From assembly GCF_001194135.2 (NCBI RefSeq), contig NC_069005.1, positions 1,164,478 to 1,228,477 on the forward strand: a stretch of 64,000 bases of DNA, in the 5' to 3' direction. Under the pieces are notes generated by a model. That model was not told the origin of the DNA, made no database searches, and saw only the letters and a program-made list of their open reading frames with translations. The position numbers were made by a program, and so were the translations under genes. Positions within the stretch are counted from its first letter, which is position 1. The number at the start of each line of letters is the position of its first letter. Positions 52,601 through 61,600 of the stretch are shown here, one piece after another. This DNA comes from Octopus bimaculoides. Its lineage: Eukaryota.

Positions 52601-55600
52601 TTCCATTAGCGCTTATATACTAAACCTTTTTATTTTTGTTTACAAACATCACACTAATTCAGCTTTTCATAGCACCTGAAGAAGATGTAATAATGTGTGT
52701 GTGAGTGTCTGTATGTGTTTGTGTGTATGTGTGTGTATCATCACTGTTCCATGCTTGCCTTGATCACACAGAATTCATTGTAGCAGTTTTTCTACAGCTG
52801 GATTCCTTTCCTGTCACAAACCCTTATCTGTTTCCAAGTGAGGTAATATTTCCCCATGGCCAGACATATGTTCTTCACAGAAGACTGGGAACTAGCAACA
52901 TTGCTTGTATGATGGTCATGCTTATTTACACCCATCACATGATGTCAAAATAAGCACAGACAGACAGACACATATATGTGTGTGTAGACATGCACATGTC
53001 AACAGCCGTCTTCTTCCCTCCGTGGAAGCAAATCGCCTTTTCCCTGATGACTTGTCAGTTGTAGAGAATCCTTGATTCTTGAGATTATTTTCTCTTCTCA
53101 TTTGGAGTTGGCTGGCAGTAGATGTCATCAGTACAGCTGTTGCCCTACATTGACGCCAGCAGACATCACTACTAGAAAACTGGTCCATGGAAACATGTCA
53201 ACATCCTGGGAGGAAATATTATCTTATATGCAAACAGGTAACGATTGGTGTTAGAAGTGGCATCTAGCCATATAAAATTTACTTCAACTATCTGACTCAT
53301 GCAAGCATGCAAAAACCAAACTGAGCATCATTTAAAACTAAAACAAAACTTGAACTCTGTAAAATATTTAATTTGACATTTTGCTGTTTCTGCCAACTTG
53401 TGATGCTTTTTATGCATAGAATGATATTATTAATCTTGGGGCTTTTTTTTTTTCAGTCTTTTTTTTGTTTTCCACTGGTTATTTTTACTTTACTTTCTTC
53501 TCTTTCTAGCAACATCAAGCTCAAACACAGCAACAACAAGTCCATTTACAAAAACAGCAGCCACAGACACATTCACCTCAACAAGTGCATGCTGTACCAC
53601 AACAAATGCATGTCTCCCAACCGCAATCAAATTCAGTGCAACGGCAGCAGTCACAGTCACCTATGCAGCAGCCCCACACAGTGCAACGGCAGTCGCCCTC
53701 CCCCCAGAGGCAGACACATGCCACTGTGCAACAACAATCACAGTCACCACAGAGACAGCTCCAGTCGCACCCGGTGCAACTGCCATGCCAGTCCCCCCAG
53801 CAACTGCCATGCCAGTCCCCCCAGCAACCGCAGTCCCCACATCAACATATACACATTGTACAGCAATCACAATCTTCTCAGCAACAATTGCAACCAATGC
53901 AACAGCATCCACATTCCCATTCTCAACCAGCCACATCATCCCCCCAACAGGCACCAACAGCAGTCGTGGCAACCACCCAGCCTCCTGCTGCTGCTGGCCC
54001 CCTTCAATCAGCTGACTTTATTAAGAAAAATGACAATGTGAAATGTCCCAGTATATTGAACACCCCCCACAGTAGAGTTAGCAGTCCGACTGTGAATAAC
54101 TCAGTCTCCTCTCGGAGTACATCCCCTCCTATTCGAGTACCACAGTACACCATCAGCAAAACTCTTTTACAGGTAACTTTTCTCCTTTTTTTTTGTTTTA
54201 TTTGTTTTGTTTTTCAACATAAAATCATTCTTATCTTTGTTTTATTCAGCTGAGACCTACTCAGCCTTTTTATTCCTCAGGGGCCTATAAAATAAACTGC
54301 CAGTCAAGTACTGGGGTCAATGCAATAGATGCTCCCCTGAAAAATTCTGGCATTGTTACCTAAATTAGAAATCATTATAGCAAGTGGTGAGCCAGTAGAA
54401 TAATTGGCGCATTGGAAAGAAATGATTTGCGGCATTTGTTGTGGCTCTTTATGTTCTGAGTTCAAATCCCACTCATTTTAAGGCGGAGGTTGATAAAATT
54501 AAGAACCTGTCAAGTACTGGCCCTTTTGAATTACAGGTACTACTCATTTTTGCCAGCTGAGTGGACTGAAGCAATGTGAAACAAAGTGCCTTGCTCAAGG
54601 ACACAGCACACTGCCGGGAATCAAACTCTCGACCTTACAGTTGTGAGTTGAATGCCTCAACCACATGACCTTTGTACCTTCACAGCATCAATTAACCTGC
54701 AAGATGAATGTCAACCACATCAATCTCACTTGTGTGGGAGAGCTTGTAATGGTCATGAGATCTGCATCTCCTCTTCCCCTTAAATAATATGTGTACACAC
54801 ACACACTCATACATGATGATGATGATCCTCAGCATCATTTAGCATCTGTTCTCCATACAGACATGGGTTGGTCAGTTAGTGAGCCAGAGGACTCACCAAA
54901 TTCCAATATCTGCTTTGGCATGGTTTCTACAGCTGGGTGCCCTTCCTAATGCCAACCATTTCACAGGATGCACTGGGTAGTTTTTACATGGTACCAACAG
55001 TAACGAGGTAACCAAATAACCCCTAAGACAAAATCCCTCAACTGGGGAGGAAGTAGTGCTGAGGAAGGTGGTTTTTTGCTGGATGTTGAGAGACTGAAGT
55101 ATGATAGGGTGACAGGAACAGGTTGTCTTGCTGTAGGGGAGACATATGGTTGCCCCAGTTGGAGTAGGGAGAGGAAGAGGATAGTGAAGATGTGTCTGGG
55201 CTTAAATTCAAGTTATAGAAAGGGGAATGAAGAGAAATGGTATGGGTGGGTAAGTTTGTGGGAGTGTGAAGGGCAAGGGGCAGATGGATAAGGGGAGGTG
55301 AGTGGTGAACATGGCTGGAGACAAGGTCAATCCTTAATATCTGTTGGAGGGGAAGGTGGAAGAAGTAGGTGTGGGTCTGGGAGGTAAAAAGTGGCAGTAA
55401 GAGGAAGGGGAGCTGAAGGAAGCATACAGCAGAATACAGAGGTAAGGGATTCTACCAAGAAGGACGTGGTTTCCTAATTAGATCAGGTGAGTAGGTATTT
55501 CAGTAATTAGAAGTGTGATGAACAGGTGGGTGTCAAGACGATGAGTAGTGGGGTGGATGATAGCTAAAAGAGCTGTGGGTTCATCAGGGATGGATTGGGT

Positions 55601-58600
55601 GTATAGACATGGGTTGTGGGGATGAGAGGGAAGGCAGGTTCATCCAGATCAGCTTGGGTGCAAGGGGATAGACGTAGGCAACACGTTTTTGCTTAGGTGG
55701 ACATGTCTTCTCAAGCACAGCAAATCGCCTATCATCTCTATCCTTTGTCATCTCCTTTGTGAAACTTGATCATGCTTTTACCACTACATCCATGTTTCCC
55801 TGTGTCTCCTTCCTCAGGTTCCTTCCACATTTACTGACCACTACTTCTTTATGCGGCTGTCCTCATCTATACACATCATCTCATGGCCATACCTGTGCTG
55901 GCTTCTCTCGCCTCTTTAGCCTAATTTTTTACCTCAACACATTCACATTTTGTCATGCAAACACACTGGCATTGCACATTCAGCAGAGCATGCTAGCTTC
56001 GTTTCTTTCAAGTGTTCACATGTCTCCTGCATTCACAGACCATGTTTGTACACGAGCATCATACACTCTGCCTTTCACTCTGACAGTGAGTCCTTAGTTC
56101 CTAACAAAAGTAGCTTGCACAGGATATGCGCGCACACACACACATTTCACTGTGTTGACCAGGCTGTCGGATGTTCTTAAACCCTGCTGGTCATAATACA
56201 CTTCCTCACATTGTTGTAGCTTTCAAACGATGCCACCCAGCTAGCTAAGTGGGAAGGCCAACATTATTTCCCCTGTGTGGACTGGAGCAAAATGGAATGA
56301 AGTGTTTTGCTCAAGAATACAATGCACTGTTAGTCTGGGAATCAAAGCCACAACTCATTGCCTTATAATCAGGTCCAGTCTAATTATCGTAGAACTGGGG
56401 TACAGCTGATTGAATGGATTACAGTATATTACTCAGACATGGTTGGGTGGTTAAGAAGTTTGCTTCACTACCACATTGTTTTGAGTTCAGTCCTACCTTG
56501 AGTCTTCTACTATAGCCCTGGGCAGACCAAGCCCTTGTGAGTGGATTTGGTAGGCAGAAACTGAAAGAAGCCTGACGTGTTTGTGTGAGTTCATGCTTCC
56601 CTCATCTTCGTTTGCATTTGCTTGCTGGTTGTAAACAATGACTTCGTTGACTGTCATTTGTTTCCAGTTCTCCATGTAAACATGTCTGGGCTGTTTGTTG
56701 TTCAATACACTTGGAAGTTATTCCCTCACTGGGTAACATGGGTGGGTTGATGATAGAAACGCATCTGACTGTAGAAGACTCTATCCCAACACACTCGTTT
56801 GACCCATTGCAAATATGGGAAAATATGTTAAAACAATGAGGATGACAATAGCTTCAGGCTGAGGGTCAGATATGAACCATACAAGCATTTGCTCAACCAT
56901 TATCCTACTTCTACCCATTCATTATAGCATGTACTTATTAAAAAATAACATGTGGTTTACAAAATTCTTTATCTCTGTGTTAGAATTTTTTGTTTTCCTT
57001 TTGTATTATTTGAAACTGTGAAATGTATTGTGTCTTAAGTTTACCAATGTGTTTTTTTTTTTTTTTTTTTTTTTTTTGTACAGAATAAAAACCAAATGGC
57101 ACCCCCCAATGTACTTCCACCAAAGCGAACTTGTACAGAAACTGAATTAGGAGATATCAAGAAAACTGTTGATAAAAAACCACCAATAACTTGTGACGAA
57201 AAAAATGTGAAAAGTAGCCAAAACATGTTGCGAGTAAGTTGATCTTTGGTTTTATTTGCTGCACATTGATGAGCATTATTTGTTAATCGAAAGGGTCGGT
57301 GACATGCTAGCAATTGCTAACAGCTGAAGAAACTGAAACAATGTAGAATGAATTAAGTTCCCTGTCCAGTAATAGATGGGTTAGTAAATTGATTTGGCAG
57401 CAAATTGAAAAGCTGGGCAGGGAGGTTTTTGAAGAATTCAGAGGAAAGGAAAATTCCAGCTGAGAGATTCGATATAAAGAGAGGCAGAATGTAATAAGAA
57501 AATCTTTCTCTCTATGTGGAAATTTTTGGGGTTTAAGAGATTATAGGCTTGAAAACAAGGAAATGAGAAAGTGCCAGGACCAGCAGGATGAAAATACATT
57601 ACATGAAAAACAAATAAAGGTGTTTGGCATTGCGAAGAGTTTCCAATCATGTAAAATCTTTCTTGACAAACTTCATCCGATCCATGCCAGTACTGAAAAA
57701 TGGAAGTAAAAATTAGTGGTGATGCCATGCATGTGTTTGTGTCTCCTCTTTCTCACACACAAACACACACACACACACACACACGTGTGACTCTTGTAGT
57801 GTTGTAGCAATGATCAGAAGGATAGAGAAGATAGCCCCGGTGTTTAAATTCATTCCAAATAGATAAGAATCAGTGAATCAATACCCGTGACAGTTCAGTG
57901 AACTTTATATTCCTGCCTCGGTTATTTTTCAATTCATTAAATACTAGTTGATTATGAAAATTCCTTTGTTTTATCATGATGCCATTCTTGTGCTCATTTT
58001 TTTGTTTTTCTTCTATTTCCAGAAACTGCAGTATATGGCTTCTCTAGATTTAGTTACACCCGAAACATTAAAAGGTTGGTTTTCATTTTCAAGCCTCAGT
58101 AAGTTTTCTCAAGTATTTTAAACCACAATTTATCACCTCTGCATATTGTTTATATATTTTCAAATGCCCCTCCCCCATTAGTTATTATATGTAATATAAA
58201 ACTGGGAAAACAAAAACAAAAACTGATGAATTACATGCATATTAATAATAATAATAATAATAATAAATCTTTCAACGTAATTGAACTAATGATTTTAAAT
58301 AACCTTTCTGTTAATATTTTTTATGGTAAAAAAAAAAAAGAAAATTTTTAAAAAATGAATGAAAGAAAATTTTGAAATTTGCAAATCTTTTGAATTTTAA
58401 AATAAAAGCAAATTATTATTATTTTTAGATCATTTCTGAAATTTATGTTGAAATTTCTGAACTTTCGGCTGTGTAAAATTATAAACAATGGCTATTTTAA
58501 CAAAGTTCACGCTTTTATTTGAAGTTAATAAGACATATAAATTGAAAGACATTTATCATTTTGCATCAAGTTTGTTAGGAATGATTTGTTGTTGATTTTT

Positions 58601-61600
58601 CTCTCAATCCAATTAAACTTTGAATGTGAATTGCTTCAATCTAAAACAACCCAACAACTTTTTTCTAGGCAAAATGGAAGAAAAATACAATAATGAAATC
58701 TGTAGGAAACGTGCAATGGAGAGACTAATGATAGACGGGACCCTTAGAGACCCTTGGCACAAAGGAATGATGGGAGGTGGACGAGGTTAGTGGAAGAAAT
58801 AGTACCTATTGTCGAGCTTGTGAATAATTAGTGTAGTGGTTGGAGTGTGCCAGGCTTAATTAATTTGTCAGTTAATTAGTTCTCTCTAACATGAAACAGC
58901 TTGATGCAAAATAGCAAGAAACATTTCTTTAAAACTTTCTGATAGTTTCAAATTAAATCTTTCACATTGCCCTTCCAATAAATATGGTTGTTGTCATTTC
59001 AATTTGGTTTTTGTGTGTGGTTTTTTGTTTTGTGATTTTGTTTTGCCGTTATGAAATTAAAAAAAAAAAGCCTTTGTGAAGATAAATTTTAGGACGAATA
59101 CACATTTTCTGTTTATTTCTCAAAATTAATTCCACACCACTTAACTTTTTAACTTGTTTGAGTTGCTTAAGTTCTCATTTCATAAGAAAAAGCATTTAGA
59201 GCACAGCGCAATATTAAGTATTAATAGTTGTTAGGTCATTTTATTTCCATTATAGTTTTGTTGTTGTTTGTTGTCTGTGAAGAACTCAGTTTGATTTTGT
59301 GTTTCAATCTTTCCCCAGAGTTGCAGAGTAAAAGGTCTGAGCGGAAAAGACGAAGTACAGCCAACCCACAATTTAGTTACAGCTTAGAAAGTGATGTAAG
59401 TTCACATTTTATTTCTGCCTCTCTGACTTTAGTAAACAGAGACCCTAACACAGCCCCACCCCCAACTCTGTTGCCTTTCTGCTGTATCCCTCCCTTGTCT
59501 TTCCTCCCTCAGTTATACGGGCCATTCTAGGTCCTTAGCCCAGTACACCCTGTAAAATGTTTGGCACTAAGAAGGGCATTGAGTCATGGAGATCATGCCA
59601 AAGTAGACAGTGGAGTATGATGCAGTCCCTTGACTCTGCAGATCCTGTCAAATTGCCCAACCCATACCAGCCTAGAAGCTGGACATTAAATGATGATGAT
59701 GATGATAGTTTGTAAAGAATAAGCAGTACACAGTATTGAATATGAAGTATTGACAAACAAGACACTGTACTGGACTGTTGTTAAGGATGGGTGTTGGTTT
59801 ATAGAGGACAAGACTGAATTATAGATACTGTGTTAAGGGCAATTGGACACTGGTGTGAATTGAAAGGTGATTGCTCCTTTATAAGCAACATCTGTAAGGT
59901 GTGGGATGAGGAGACTGGCTGAGTTGATAGAGTGTGGGATGATTGCCAGGTAGTATCCCTCTCACTCTATGCTCTGAGTTCAAATAACACTGAGTTTGAC
60001 TTACCTTTTGTCAATAAATAAGGTACCTGTTCTGCATTGGAGTCAATTCTCTCTTTTTTTTTTTTTTTTCCACCTGGAAGAAACCAGCTGTGTTCAAACC
60101 TGGAGATTGATGGTTTCTATCAGGTCTGAAAATGCTGAAGCTAAACTGAGTGTCTTAATGGCACACCTCTGACTCCACCAGGTGCAAATTATTGTAAACA
60201 ATATTTAAGGGATTGTAGATGGTTATTGACTGAAACAACCAAGTTAAAACCATTTTTTTCTCCAAAGTAGCATACTGAAATACTTCAGTACAACTAAAAC
60301 CATATTTAGCATAGAATAAAATTAACCCTCCCCCTGTGCTAATTAAAGTTTTGCTGGTGATGTAACATGCTAATCATATGCAAATCAGTTCTTACAACCT
60401 CTTTCTATTGGCCAATAAAAATAAAATGTATGTACGACATCATATGAAATATGGAGAATTTCACTAAGCACCCATCTCTCAAAAATTAGTAAACTCAGTT
60501 CCGGTGTCTCAAATGCACAGATTAAGTGTTCTTGGTTCCTTTAGAGTAAGGCCTAAATAATTCCTGTGTCTCCTGCATACTGACACGGAATTGACCAGAA
60601 ATTCCCACAATTTTTCTCTGTTATTTTATGCTATCTTTACAACATTTGATCCTTAGATACATTTTGATTTGTTTCTTGTTCCTTTTCTTCTCTTGTAGAG
60701 AAAACGAATGAACTATTTGGTCGGATCAAACATTACGACTGGAACAAAACGACCTCGAGGTACGGTGATTATTGTTATTATTGGTGTTGTGTTTGTGAAG
60801 GTGCATGGCCTAGTGGTGAGGGTGTTGTACTCAGGATCATAAAATCGTGGTTTCAATCCCTGAATCGGACAATCTGTTGTGTTCTTAAGCAAAATACTTC
60901 AGCTGTGGATGTGTTCCAGCAATAGCTGGGATGTTGGTCCAGCAATGAACTGAGTGGGGTAGTCTTGTAATCTCAGCCACTTATGCACCATGATAACTGG
61001 GTATGAGTGCTGGGGCTCACATTCTGAGTTCAAATCCACTAGAGTCAAGGGTCTATTTCTGCCTTTTCTCCCTCAAGGGTACCAGTAATTATACTGAGAC
61101 ATTTATACCAATTTGTGATATCAAAAATAATTAACTTTGTACTTAAAATGTTTTGTGTGGGGCAATTCAAAGTTCTGCAAGCAAAGAATAAAAAAGAGTG
61201 GAAACTTATTTTCTGCGATGAGTCACTATAACGTAAATGGAGAACACAACTGTGCAATGAGCAATGACCCGTACTCAGGCCAAATAGTCCATGTGTTGTT
61301 TTTAAGAGTTTTGTTGCCATGGTAATGTTATGCAGGTTTAAACTCAAGTTCCCATAGGTCAATACACCTGAGAAACGTTTTATAATTTTGTTTTATTGTG
61401 GTTAAAGACAGTAAAGGTTTGTCGTTTTAAATATTTACAGGTCGCCCACCAAAACATGGCACATCTCCAACCAACAGTCGTCCAGGTACTCCAGATAGTT
61501 CTGACAGTAACGCTAGTATCAAGAATGGTATTGTAAATGGGTCGTCTGATGTAAGTATTGCGACAGTTTCTCAATCACGGTTTTAACTTATTTGAAATCA

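Noticed and set aside
53373-54041. Overlapping alternative-frame ORFs on exon 5 (53373..54041 +, 53785..54015 +, 53661..53972 -)
   Set aside because: The T-poor CAG/CCA composition suppresses stop codons; only the frame in phase with exons 4 and 6 is supported.
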